Assembly: GCA_023228665.1 (NCBI GenBank)
Contig: JALOAR010000002.1
Span: 1-46,999, forward strand
From: Candidatus Colwellbacteria bacterium
GTDB taxonomy: Bacteria; Patescibacteriota; Minisyncoccia; UBA6257; Colwellbacteraceae
DNA: 46,999 nucleotides
Direction of reading: 5' to 3'
Each line of letters begins with the position of its first letter. The stretch's first letter is position 1. A model generated the notes under the pieces. It saw only the letters and a list, made by a program, of their open reading frames with translations, searched no databases and was not told where the DNA came from. Made by a program: the position numbers and the translations under genes. Positions 17,677-27,237 of this stretch are shown one piece after another.

Positions 17677-17781
17677 CCAGGTCTGTATTTTTGGAATTTG
17701 TATTTCAGGATTCAGGTTTCAAGTTCCAAGATTCAGGATTTATGAGTTGGATTTTGTGAATTGTAAGTTTATTATTATTTT

Positions 17782-18201
17782 ATGGAAACTGTTAAAAAGC
17801 TTTCCTTTATTCTTATTCTTTTTGGAATAGGAGCGGTTATAGGGAGCTGGATAGTTGCGGAAAATATTTCCAAGCAAATAAAAAAAAGAGAAGAGCTGAC
17901 GCCTGAACAAGTTGTCGCTTCTTTTTATGGAAAATGGAAAAATGACCAAAACCCTTTTTCAGACGGATTTCATACTTTTAAAGTAGATATAACAGATAAT
18001 TTTAAAAGTTTTCTTATAGATTTTTCCGAAGACTTCGATCCGGTTGTGTGTTCTAATGAATTTCCATCAAATTATTCCCTTAGCCAAGCCGAAATAGAAG
18101 GGGATAGTGCTAGAATATTTTTTGAAGGCACAAGCCACGCAGTGGTTAATCTTAAAATGTTTAATAACCGCTGGCTTATAGACTCTGTAGTATGTAAATA
18201 A
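17782..18201 (+). CDS. Small membrane-anchored protein, possibly NTF2-like fold
   Basis: N-terminal TM helix. The C-terminal ...NNRWLIDSVV pattern is typical of small NTF2/DUF-type lipoprotein-like domains. Weak assignment. Confidence 0.55.
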   Translation: METVKKLSFILILFGIGAVIGSWIVAENISKQIKKREELTPEQVVASFYGKWKNDQNPFSDGFHTFKVDITDNFKSFLIDFSEDFDPVVCSNEFPSNYSLSQAEIEGDSARIFFEGTSHAVVNLKMFNNRWLIDSVVCK

Positions 18202-18239
18202 AAAAAAGATGCCTTATTCAGACATCTTTCTAAAATAGT

Positions 18240-18677
18240 TTAATTGGCGTTCTGGTTTATCTTCCATTTTCCGTCATTTAGCTTCATTTCATAAGTCACA
18301 GGATAAGTCATTTTTTGAACGCCTCTTACAAGTTCCGCCTGAATAAATGCTTTATCTCCAGATACCGTAACCCCTAATACTTTAAAGCTGTAAAAAGGAT
18401 CTGTTTGTAACTTTTTTTCGCGAAGGCATTTATTTGACCAGTTATCAAAATCTTTCAATAAATAATCGCTGAATTCATCGCAATTTCCGGTAATTCTTGC
18501 TTCAAATGCCCGGCTGAAATCTTTTTTTGCCAATAAACCCCTGTTGATGTAAATGTCTGTAGTGGATAACAATAAAAAACCTGCCAAAACAAATACAAGT
18601 AAGATAGCGACAAAATAAGCAACTATATTTTTTTGTTTTTCTTTCTTTGTAAAAGGCTTCTTTTTCATCCGTTTCAT
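18240..18677 (-). CDS. Small membrane-anchored protein, possibly NTF2-like (DUF4878-like)
   Basis: N-terminal TM helix. GDKAFIQAEL...LNDGKWKI pattern. Confidence 0.55.
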   Translation of the reverse strand: MKRMKKKPFTKKEKQKNIVAYFVAILLVFVLAGFLLLSTTDIYINRGLLAKKDFSRAFEARITGNCDEFSDYLLKDFDNWSNKCLREKKLQTDPFYSFKVLGVTVSGDKAFIQAELVRGVQKMTYPVTYEMKLNDGKWKINQNAN

Positions 18678-18791
18678 TATAACATTGCAACTCGTTTTTT
18701 AACGCTGTTTCTTTATGAAAACAGCGTTATTTTAAAATATAATTATAAACAAGCCCTGAAATTTAATATCAGGGCTTGTTTATAAGCTTAA

Positions 18792-19481
18792 TTATTTTAA
18801 TTGGAAAGAGCTTCCCGACAAAAAGAATTTATCTTCATACTCGCTCCATTTATCAGTTATCGTATTAAATGACACTGTCCAAATATCTTCCTCGTCCCAA
18901 ATAAGAAAAATAAGGGCTTTAAAATCCACGCTTTGTTGGGTAAGAGATATTTCTAAAGCCGAAGCATCTTTTCCATCAATCTTAGTTGCCCATATTTTTT
19001 CGATAGAAACAGAAGAAGATATTTTCTTAAGCTCATTGCTGATAAAATTTATATATTCTTCTTTAGTCTGTCCCTGAAGATTATCCTTTGTTATTGCAAA
19101 ATAGCTCCTAAATCCTATATTTTCCGCTCCAGAATTATTTAAAACTTCATTTGTATTAACAGCTATGGCTAAAATTCCTTCTTGAGGAGGTCTGCTCTCC
19201 CAGCCCGGCGGGGGAGTTATTTGAAAATTATCAGTAACAATATTATTGCCTGATAAAACAGTTTGTGATTCTTGGCTGGCAGATAATTGCTCTGTCTGCT
19301 CGCTCTCTGTACTCGTTAGTGACTCTTCGAGCTGATCTTCGTTATTTTTATCTTGTTGTTCTGAAATATTTTCATTATTTTCGGCCACATCTCGCTTCAC
19401 GAATAAATCGCCATTTATAAATAAAATAAATCCGCTAATAACCAGAACTGAAAGTATTATATAAATAATCTTATTCTTCAT
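18792..19481 (-). CDS. Membrane-anchored protein, possibly PsbP/DcrB-like
   Basis: The start at MKNKIIYIIL (TM helix) is more plausible than the listed 19511. Acidic low-complexity linker, then a domain of about 140 aa. Weak assignment. Confidence 0.55.
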   Translation of the reverse strand: MKNKIIYIILSVLVISGFILFINGDLFVKRDVAENNENISEQQDKNNEDQLEESLTSTESEQTEQLSASQESQTVLSGNNIVTDNFQITPPPGWESRPPQEGILAIAVNTNEVLNNSGAENIGFRSYFAITKDNLQGQTKEEYINFISNELKKISSSVSIEKIWATKIDGKDASALEISLTQQSVDFKALIFLIWDEEDIWTVSFNTITDKWSEYEDKFFLSGSSFQLK

Positions 19482-19654
19482 ATAACAATCATTATAACAA
19501 AAAAACACCAACAGTTTTTATATAAAATATTAATCCACAAAACAAGAAGAATTAATTCTAGTTTTACTGTAAACTTAAGTAATTGTATTATGCCTTTTAA
19601 CTCAAAATTTCAGAACTCCTTAACATAACCTCGCTAAAAAGCGGGGTTATCTTG

Positions 19655-19725
19655 CTACCGGGCATGGATTCGAACCATGATTGACGGCTTCAAAGGCCGC
19701 TGTCCTACCATTAGACGACCCGGTA
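19655..19725 (-). tRNA. tRNA-Gln (anticodon UUG)
   Basis: The reverse complement folds as a cloverleaf. Acceptor TACCGGG/CCCGGTA, anticodon arm GCGGC-CUUUGAA-GCCGU, T-arm with GGTTCGAATCC. No encoded CCA. Confidence 0.85.
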
Positions 19726-19854
19726 ATACGGCTTATTCTATAATTGCAAGCAATAAAAGTAAACGATTTGATATTATTAAGCATAAGAAACAATTGGCAT
19801 TTTCTTTAATCAGAAAATAGGTCGATCTTTATAAAACCAAATCTAATTTCAAAA

Positions 19855-20124
19855 ATGATAACAGTCATAAAGAAAGATGGAGCAAAGGAACCGTATGATG
19901 AAGAAAAGCTAAGAAACTCTATAATAGCCGCAGCAAAAGACGCGGGATTTGATGAAGATAGAATCCGGCAAGTTGTTAATAATATTACTCAAAAAGTAAC
20001 GGACCGCATAAGTGGAGAGGAAGAAGTTGCAAGCCATAGGTTAAGAGAAATAATTCTCCGCGAGCTAGATAATATAGAAGCTGAAATAGCAGACGCCTGG
20101 AGAAAATACGAAGCTGCTAAGTAA
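19855..20124 (+). CDS. Standalone ATP-cone domain protein (second copy)
   Basis: MITVIKKDGAKEPYDEEKLRNSI... is the canonical ATP-cone N-terminal pattern. 89 aa. Confidence 0.72.
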   Translation: MITVIKKDGAKEPYDEEKLRNSIIAAAKDAGFDEDRIRQVVNNITQKVTDRISGEEEVASHRLREIILRELDNIEAEIADAWRKYEAAK

Positions 20125-20207
20125 TGCATTAAAAAAAATAAAAATGGCTCATATATTGAGTCATTTTTATTTCTAATATTATAAATTTAAATTTTAAAGC
20201 TATATTA

Positions 20208-21314
20208 CTATTTTAAGCTTTCCACTATCGCCACTTCTAAAGGAATTATGGCAAAAGGGGAATACTTTATTTCTCCATAAGCCTCAATAAGAGCTTTTAG
20301 TAATTTTATTACCATTTCCTTATCGCAACTTTTTGCATAAGCTTCAATTTTTTTGATCGTTTCAGAAGTAACTTCATCCTTAAAAACATCCGTCATTTTA
20401 GGATCAAAAGAAGCCACGAGAACTCTGCGCAAATAATGTATTAAATCTTTTGTAAGCTGGGAAAGGTTATACCCGGCCTCATTTATAATAGATAAGCTTT
20501 CTAAAGCGCCGGCGAGGTCTTTTTCTATCAGTTTCCCCGCAAGAAATTCGGTTTTTTCCAATCCGGCCTTGCCGATTATTCTCTCTACTTCTGGAAGAGT
20601 TATTTCTTTATCTTCCATGGTAATAACTTGCTCGAACAAAGATTCTGCATCCCTAAAACTTCCTTCTCCCGCTGAAGCAATAAGTTCTAAAGCCTCATCA
20701 TTAATTTTTACGCCTTCTGCTTCAGCTATTTTTTTCAGTTTTTCAGTTATTTTAATTATAGGAATTCTCTTAAAAGAAAACCTTTGCGTTCTTGATATTA
20801 TCGTGGCAGGCAGCTTGTCATATTCAGTAGTGGCAAGAATAAATATAACGTGTGCAGGCGGTTCCTCTAATATTTTAAGCAAGGCATTAAAAGCTTCTTT
20901 TGTTAATTGGTGAACTTCATCAATTATAAAAACTTTTTTGTTTGAGTGGGTAGGGGACATCCTCGCGCCTTCTTTTAATTCTCTTATTTCATCTATGCCG
21001 CGATTGGAAGCGGCATCTATTTCAACCACGTCAAGAGAATTTCCATTATCTATTTCCAGGCATCGAGCGCATTCGTTACAAGGCTCGCCAAGCTCTCTGA
21101 ATTTTTCATCTGAATTCCTCTTTTCGCAATTAGCAAGCTTCGCTAATATTCTCGCAACAGATGTCTTTCCGCAGCCTCTCGGTCCGTAAAAAAGGTAAGC
21201 ATGCGAAAGTCTTCCAGATTTCGCTGCGTTTCTTAAAACTTCAGAAACCGAATCCTGACCCACAAGATCTGATAATTTTTGAGGCCTATACCTCCTATAT
21301 ATTGCAAATGCCAT
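20208..21314 (-). CDS. dnaX: DNA polymerase III subunit gamma/tau (short)
   Basis: YRPQKLSDLVGQ, GPRGCGKTS, zinc module CNECARC, IIDEVHQLT and SRTQRF motifs. Confidence 0.9.
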   Translation of the reverse strand: MAFAIYRRYRPQKLSDLVGQDSVSEVLRNAAKSGRLSHAYLFYGPRGCGKTSVARILAKLANCEKRNSDEKFRELGEPCNECARCLEIDNGNSLDVVEIDAASNRGIDEIRELKEGARMSPTHSNKKVFIIDEVHQLTKEAFNALLKILEEPPAHVIFILATTEYDKLPATIISRTQRFSFKRIPIIKITEKLKKIAEAEGVKINDEALELIASAGEGSFRDAESLFEQVITMEDKEITLPEVERIIGKAGLEKTEFLAGKLIEKDLAGALESLSIINEAGYNLSQLTKDLIHYLRRVLVASFDPKMTDVFKDEVTSETIKKIEAYAKSCDKEMVIKLLKALIEAYGEIKYSPFAIIPLEVAIVESLK

Positions 21315-21400
21315 AATTAATTAAAACGTTTGAACCTAATCACTTCCTCTTCTTTATGTCTTCCATTATAAGTCAAGCAAAGATAAAATAAAGGCTGATA

Positions 21401-22624
21401 ATGAAAGTAAAAAAAGCTTTTCTTGCTATATTATGTATATTTTTCGCGGCAGCTGCCGCCTTTTTGGTTTTTGGAATAGATAAAAAACATTCTATTATCG
21501 AATATGGCGACACCCGAGAAAATCCTTCACAAAACGGTCCGATATCCGAAAACTTACCTGCTGTTGCCGGCATATCGGCATCCCAAGAGTTAGACAGCCT
21601 GAAAGTTGTTCCTTCTGATATATTAGTGCCACCAAGCGCTTTTATTGCCCCTGAAGAAATTAAAGCAATATATGTAACCCAATGGTCTGCATCTTCTTCT
21701 GCTAAAATGAGTTATTTGACATCTTTAATTGAGGAAACAGAAGCAAACGCAATGGTTATTGATATTAAAGACTACTCTGGAAAAATATCTTATAAAACTG
21801 GAGATAATGAAATATCAAAATATGGAGCAGAAGATCCTAAAATTAGAGATATTTCCTCATTAATAGAGTCTCTTCATAAAAAAAATATTTATGTCATAGC
21901 CAGAGTAGTCGTATTTCAAGATCCTTCTTTTGCCTTAGCAAGGCCGGATCTAGCTATTAAAAACAGTAAAACGGGAGAAATATGGCTAGATAACAAAGAG
22001 CTTGCCTGGATGGATCCCTCATCGCAAGAAGTATGGGACTATAACATTCGTATAGCTAAAAACGCCTTATTAAAAGGATTTGATGAAGTAAACTTTGACT
22101 ACATAAGGTTTCCTTCAGACGGCAATCTCGGCGATATGTCCTTCCCTATATATAATGAAACAAAAACAAAAAAAGTGATTATGGAAGAATTTTTTTCTTA
22201 TCTCCGCGAATCGCTTAAAGGACATATTATCTCCGCCGACATATTCGGACTGGTTACCAGCGCTTCAGGCGATATGGGTATAGGCCAGAACCTTGAAGAT
22301 ACTTTCGGTAATTTTGATTTTATATGTCCTATGGTTTACCCTTCGCATTTTGCATCCGGGTTTATCGGGCTTGAAAATCCAGCCAAATTTCCATACGAAG
22401 TGGTAAAATATTCAATGTCACAAGCCCAAAAAAGGCTGTTATTATCCGGTAAAGAAAATTTATCTAAATTAAGGCCGTGGATTCAAGATTTTAGCCTAAG
22501 GCACGAATATAAAAAAGAAGAAGTCGCATCCCAGATTCAAGCTGTATTAGAAACATCCAACACTGGATGGATGATATGGGATCCGGCTAATAATTACACT
22601 AAAGAAGGATTTGTTAAGCAATGA
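21401..22624 (+). CDS. Putative glycoside-hydrolase-like TIM-barrel protein (DUF4015/COG1306 type) with signal anchor
   Basis: IKAIYVTQWSA...ANAMVIDIKDYSG and FDYIRFP blocks resemble that family. Confidence 0.65.
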   Translation: MKVKKAFLAILCIFFAAAAAFLVFGIDKKHSIIEYGDTRENPSQNGPISENLPAVAGISASQELDSLKVVPSDILVPPSAFIAPEEIKAIYVTQWSASSSAKMSYLTSLIEETEANAMVIDIKDYSGKISYKTGDNEISKYGAEDPKIRDISSLIESLHKKNIYVIARVVVFQDPSFALARPDLAIKNSKTGEIWLDNKELAWMDPSSQEVWDYNIRIAKNALLKGFDEVNFDYIRFPSDGNLGDMSFPIYNETKTKKVIMEEFFSYLRESLKGHIISADIFGLVTSASGDMGIGQNLEDTFGNFDFICPMVYPSHFASGFIGLENPAKFPYEVVKYSMSQAQKRLLLSGKENLSKLRPWIQDFSLRHEYKKEEVASQIQAVLETSNTGWMIWDPANNYTKEGFVKQ

Positions 22625-23985
22625 GCTATATAAAAAGCATATTCAGCAAAAAAGTTCCTATCGGCGTAGTTATAACTTTGCTTATTTTGATAGTAATCGG
22701 CTTTTTCTCTTTTATTTTTATATCTAAAGAAAAATTAAACTACACTTTATTTGTCGGAGATATGTCTGTTACGCCTGAAGAACTCGAATTTGGATCTATT
22801 CCTGCTCTTGGCGATTTTGATTTTTTCAATAAAGTGAAAAACAGTTTTTTGGAAAATAAAGCTGATTTTATGGAAGCCAACCTTTCCGAAATGATTATTC
22901 GCGTATATATAAAAGGAGAAAATAAATACGAAGCACCTATATTAACGAAGGGCAGGGAAGGCTCGTGGTGGGAAACTCCTGCCGGCATATACAAAATAGA
23001 AACGATGGAAAAAAATCATTTTTCTTCCTTCGGCCATGTTTATCAGCCTTGGAGCATGTCTTTCCAAGGGAATTTTTTCATACATGGATGGCCTTATTAT
23101 CCAAGCGGAATGCCCGTTGAATCAGAATATTCTGGAGGATGCATAAGGTTAAGCGATGAATCTGCGAAAGAAATATTCAAAATGGCATATATGGACATGC
23201 CTATTATCGTTTTTGAGGAAGATTTTAATTCAGATGGATTCGTTTACCATTCAAAACCGCCCGAACTCTCTGCTAGCGCTTATTTAGTAGCTGATATTAT
23301 GAACAACTATGTCCTTCTTGATAAAAACCGCTCCGAAATTATGCCTATAGCATCCATAACCAAACTAATGACCGCTCTTATCGCCGGAGAATTTATTAAC
23401 CTTGATAAGGAAATATATGTTCCAGAAGAAGCTTTAATACAAACTTCAAAGCCTCGCCTTAGCGTTGGAGAAAAAATATCAGCATATGATCTTCTTTTTC
23501 CTCTTCTTATGGAATCTTCAAACGAAGCCGCTGAAGTATTCGCTCGCAACACAAGCAAAAATTGGTATATATCGCTTATGAACCGAAAAGCCTCATCAAT
23601 AGGAATGCTTCATACAGAATTTGCCGATCCTTCCGGAATAGATAAAGAAAACAAATCCACTTGCATGGACTTGTTTAACTTATCAAAGTACATTTTTAAT
23701 AATCGAAGCTTTATTTTTAAAATATCGGCAGGAAGAATGGAAAAATCAGCTTATGGAGAACCTTCTTTTAAAAATCTTAGCAACTTCAATCTCTTTAGCG
23801 AGAATCAAGCTTTTATTGGAGGCAAAGTTGGAAAAACAACCGCCGCAAAAGAAACCTTTCTCGGCGTTTTTAATCTTGATTTTTCCGAAGAAAAACGCCC
23901 GATAGCAATAATAATTCTTGGATCTAACGATGTTTATAGCGATACTGTTAAAGTGCTTGATTGGCTGAAATCCAATTATCAATAA
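22621..23985 (+). CDS. Fusion protein: L,D-transpeptidase (YkuD) domain plus S11 D-alanyl-D-alanine carboxypeptidase domain
   Basis: YkuD active-site region FIHGWP...SGGCIRL. The S11 motifs SxxK (SITK) and SxN (SSNEAA) lie downstream. N-terminal TM anchor. 4-nt overlap with the upstream gene. Confidence 0.8.
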   Translation: MSYIKSIFSKKVPIGVVITLLILIVIGFFSFIFISKEKLNYTLFVGDMSVTPEELEFGSIPALGDFDFFNKVKNSFLENKADFMEANLSEMIIRVYIKGENKYEAPILTKGREGSWWETPAGIYKIETMEKNHFSSFGHVYQPWSMSFQGNFFIHGWPYYPSGMPVESEYSGGCIRLSDESAKEIFKMAYMDMPIIVFEEDFNSDGFVYHSKPPELSASAYLVADIMNNYVLLDKNRSEIMPIASITKLMTALIAGEFINLDKEIYVPEEALIQTSKPRLSVGEKISAYDLLFPLLMESSNEAAEVFARNTSKNWYISLMNRKASSIGMLHTEFADPSGIDKENKSTCMDLFNLSKYIFNNRSFIFKISAGRMEKSAYGEPSFKNLSNFNLFSENQAFIGGKVGKTTAAKETFLGVFNLDFSEEKRPIAIIILGSNDVYSDTVKVLDWLKSNYQ

Positions 23986-24010
23986 TATTGCAATCAGTAT
24001 ATTTTAAACC

Positions 24011-24712
24011 ATGGCTTACGAAATAGTATTGGAAAAATTTTCAGGACCTCTGCATAAGCTTCTAGAACTGATAGAGGATAAAAAATATGAAATCACCGAA
24101 GTTAATCTTTCAAAAATAACTGGAGATTTTTTGGAATACCTCAAAGAAGTTGAAAGCAAAGAACCTCGCCTTCTGGCAGACTTTATAGCAATAGCCTCAA
24201 AGCTGATACTAATTAAATCAAAATCGCTTATACCGGAACTTGAACTGACCGAAGAAGAGGAAGAAGAAATAAGAGATCTCGAACAAAGGCTAAAGCTTTA
24301 TAAAAAACTTAAAGAAGCCGAAGAAATTTTCCGTAATCTATGGAACGCTCAAAATATTTCATTCTCCAGAGATCCATTGCCATTTGAAAGAATTCCAGCC
24401 TTTATTCCATCACCAGACCTCAATCAGCAATCACTTTTAAATGCTTTGGCAGCAATGCATTCCTCCGTTGTTACCCTTAAAACTCAATACGAAAAATATG
24501 ACGCTGTAAATTTTGAAAATTACATATCAGAACTTATTTCAAGAATAGGCAAGAATATATCCAAGTTTGGCTCTGTTACCGAAAATAAAGGGAAAAAAGA
24601 AGTTATTTTGCTTTTTCTCGCCCTTTTACATCTTTTAAAAGATAATAAAATATCAATAGACCAGTCGCAGTCCTTTTCAGAAATAACAATAACTCCAAAT
24701 CAAGATGAATAA
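24011..24712 (+). CDS. scpA: Segregation and condensation protein A
   Basis: FSGPLHKLLELIEDKKYEITEVNLSKITGDFLEYL is the canonical ScpA N-terminus. Confidence 0.85.
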   Translation: MAYEIVLEKFSGPLHKLLELIEDKKYEITEVNLSKITGDFLEYLKEVESKEPRLLADFIAIASKLILIKSKSLIPELELTEEEEEEIRDLEQRLKLYKKLKEAEEIFRNLWNAQNISFSRDPLPFERIPAFIPSPDLNQQSLLNALAAMHSSVVTLKTQYEKYDAVNFENYISELISRIGKNISKFGSVTENKGKKEVILLFLALLHLLKDNKISIDQSQSFSEITITPNQDE

Positions 24713-25238
24713 CTTAGAACAAAAAATAGAAGCTATACTTTTTATATCGGGAGATCCGATAAATATTAAAAAATTAGCAAAACTATCCGAAGCCGTCGAA
24801 AAAGATGTCGCTGAAGCTCTTTCATCCTTAAAGGAAAAATATTCTTCTCCTTCTTGCGGAATATATATCATCGAGCACGGTTCTGATTTTCAGCTTGTTA
24901 CAAAACCTGAAATTTCGCCGATAATTAAGAAAATAGTTAAAGAGGAAACCAATGAAATTCTTACGCCAGCTATACTCGAAACATTATCTCTTGTTACATA
25001 CCTTGGCCCTATATCAAAATCTTCGCTAGAATATATCAGGGGAGTAAATTCCAGTTTTACATTAAGAAGCCTTCTTATCCGAGGCTTGGCAGAACGCATT
25101 CCTCATCCTGAAAAAAAGAATAGCTTTTTATACAGGCCAACTTCAGATTTATTAAAATTCCTCGGAGTATCTTCCAAAGAGGATTTGCCCGAATTTAAAA
25201 AATATCAAGAATTAAAAGAAACTATTGAAAATGAATAA
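24705..25238 (+). CDS. scpB: Segregation and condensation protein B
   Basis: IEAILFISGDPINIKKLA and two winged-helix halves. Overlaps scpA. Confidence 0.85.
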   Translation: MNNLEQKIEAILFISGDPINIKKLAKLSEAVEKDVAEALSSLKEKYSSPSCGIYIIEHGSDFQLVTKPEISPIIKKIVKEETNEILTPAILETLSLVTYLGPISKSSLEYIRGVNSSFTLRSLLIRGLAERIPHPEKKNSFLYRPTSDLLKFLGVSSKEDLPEFKKYQELKETIENE

Positions 25239-26163
25239 TAAAGTTAAAGCGATCGCTTTCGGTGCAATATTTCTTTCAGTCGGACTTTGTGCAAAATTAG
25301 GAACCGCAGCAATCTTTTCCGAAAAAGAAGATAAGGCTGTTATTACGGCAAACATAGCCGAAGCTCTTCCTTCTGAAAATCAGGCTGTTGAAGATATTTT
25401 GGAAATACCAGGCAATAAAGAGCCTAAAACTCCTGATGAACTTAATATTCAAGCAGGGATCGTTATAGACTTATCTTCTGGAGAAAAAATCCTTTCCGTA
25501 AATAAGACAAAAAGATGGCCGCTCGCTTCCGTATCTAAAATGATGGCTTCCATTGTTGCCCTCGAAGAAATGGATCTTAAAAAAGAAATAACTTTTTCGG
25601 AAAATGCCATAAACACCGAAGGCGTAGCAGGCAGTTTTCAAGAAGGTGAAATATATACGGCAGAAGATCTTGTTTACGCAATGATGGTTGTCTCATCTAA
25701 TGACGCAGCTGTCGCCCTTATGGAATCAATGCCCGAAGGAGAATTTGTTGGCCTTATGAACGCTAAAGCTGAAGAACTTGGTATGGTAAATACTTATTTT
25801 AAAGAGCCTTCTGGATTGTCTATGCTAAATCAGTCCACGGCAAATGACGTAAGCTTAATGCTCGAATATGCCTGGAGAAACCATCCGGAATTATTTTCTA
25901 TTTCTTCTAAAAAAACAACTCTTATTACAGAAATAAATACTGGCCTAAAAGTGCGTTTGACTAATATAAACGCCTTAGCTTCAAGATATGATTTTTTGGG
26001 AGGAAAAACCGGCTATACCGAAATCGCAGGCGAAAATCTGGCAGCTGTTTTTTCAATAGACAATAAGCCTACCGCTATTATCATCCTCGGGGCCGAAGAT
26101 AGGGTAGTTGAAACAGAAACAATAATTTCATTCATAAACAATGATATTAACTCAAGCAATTAA
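25225..26163 (+). CDS. S11 D-alanyl-D-alanine carboxypeptidase
   Basis: SxxK (SVSK), SxN (SSNDAA) and KTG (GGKTGYT) motifs. Signal-like N-terminus. Confidence 0.85.
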   Translation: MKMNNKVKAIAFGAIFLSVGLCAKLGTAAIFSEKEDKAVITANIAEALPSENQAVEDILEIPGNKEPKTPDELNIQAGIVIDLSSGEKILSVNKTKRWPLASVSKMMASIVALEEMDLKKEITFSENAINTEGVAGSFQEGEIYTAEDLVYAMMVVSSNDAAVALMESMPEGEFVGLMNAKAEELGMVNTYFKEPSGLSMLNQSTANDVSLMLEYAWRNHPELFSISSKKTTLITEINTGLKVRLTNINALASRYDFLGGKTGYTEIAGENLAAVFSIDNKPTAIIILGAEDRVVETETIISFINNDINSSN

Positions 26164-27190
26164 GGTACTCGCTGTTGCAGTAACAGCTTTTTTTATTGCC
26201 ATAATAAGCACTCCTTTAGTACTCAAAGCGCTTCGCCGTTTTGGTATTAAGAAGCAAATCCGAAACGCTTCATCGGCTCCGATAATGTCAGCTCTTCACG
26301 CTAAAAAAGAAGGGACCCCAACCATGGGAGGTATTATTATATGGGGAACAATTCTCGTAACAGCGGGGATTATGCTTTTGGCAAGCAATATTCTTGGCGG
26401 TGTTTTTGAAAATCTTGATTTTATAAATAGGGCAGAGACTTATTTGCCTCTTGCCGCAATGGTTATAGCCGCTCTGATCGGCCTTGCTGATGACGTATTA
26501 GGCGTATTAAGAATCGGTCCGAAAGGGGGAGGGCTCGCCGTAAAGCATAAGCTTGTCGTTTATGCTTTAATTGGCGCTCTCGGAGCCTGGTGGTTCTACG
26601 CCCCGCAAAATCTCGACTGGCACGTACTGAATATTCCTTTTGTCGGAAGTATTGATATAGGTATCTGGTACATACCTATGTTTATATTTATCCTCATAGC
26701 CAGCGCTTTTTCAGCAAATGAAACAGATGGTTTAGACGGACTGCTTGGCGGAGTCTCTATTTTTGCCTTCGGATCCCTTGGAGTCATCGCTTTTATTCTC
26801 GGCAGATACAACCTTGCCGCTCTTGCCGGCGCTTTTATAGGAGCTCTTATAGCATTTCTATGGAATAATGTTTATCCGACAAAATTCTTTATGGGCGATA
26901 CGGGATCTATGGCAATAGGCATAACTTTAGGCCTTATAGCAATGCTCACAAATACTGCTTTTCTCCTCCCCCTTTTTGCTATAGTTATGGTGATAGAATC
27001 TCTCTCGGTAATAATCCAAATGTTTAGTAAAAAAATTTTAAAAAAGAAAATATTCTTATCCACACCCATACATCATCACTTTGAAGCAAAAGGTATGCCC
27101 GAATCTCAAATAACTATGAGGTTTTGGATAATATCCGGCGTTTCCGCCAGCCTTGGCCTTATTTTATTCTTCCTGGATAGAATTATTTAA
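26141..27190 (+). CDS. mraY: Phospho-N-acetylmuramoyl-pentapeptide transferase
   Basis: DDVLGV, NETDGLDGL, MGDTGS and HHHFE motifs. Polytopic membrane protein. Confidence 0.93.
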   Translation: MILTQAIKVLAVAVTAFFIAIISTPLVLKALRRFGIKKQIRNASSAPIMSALHAKKEGTPTMGGIIIWGTILVTAGIMLLASNILGGVFENLDFINRAETYLPLAAMVIAALIGLADDVLGVLRIGPKGGGLAVKHKLVVYALIGALGAWWFYAPQNLDWHVLNIPFVGSIDIGIWYIPMFIFILIASAFSANETDGLDGLLGGVSIFAFGSLGVIAFILGRYNLAALAGAFIGALIAFLWNNVYPTKFFMGDTGSMAIGITLGLIAMLTNTAFLLPLFAIVMVIESLSVIIQMFSKKILKKKIFLSTPIHHHFEAKGMPESQITMRFWIISGVSASLGLILFFLDRII

Positions 27191-27237
27191 CGCTTGCTAA
27201 TAAAACAGCAAGATTTTTATTGTATAATCATTAGGTT

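Noticed and set aside
17539-17830. Two listed ORFs (68 and 60 aa) in the ABC-F upstream spacer
   Set aside because: Their sequences (…SRESGNP…, …VIPAKAGIQ…) are direct translations of the GC-rich palindrome and flanking repeats. There are no start signals, and one runs into the real 17782 gene in another frame.
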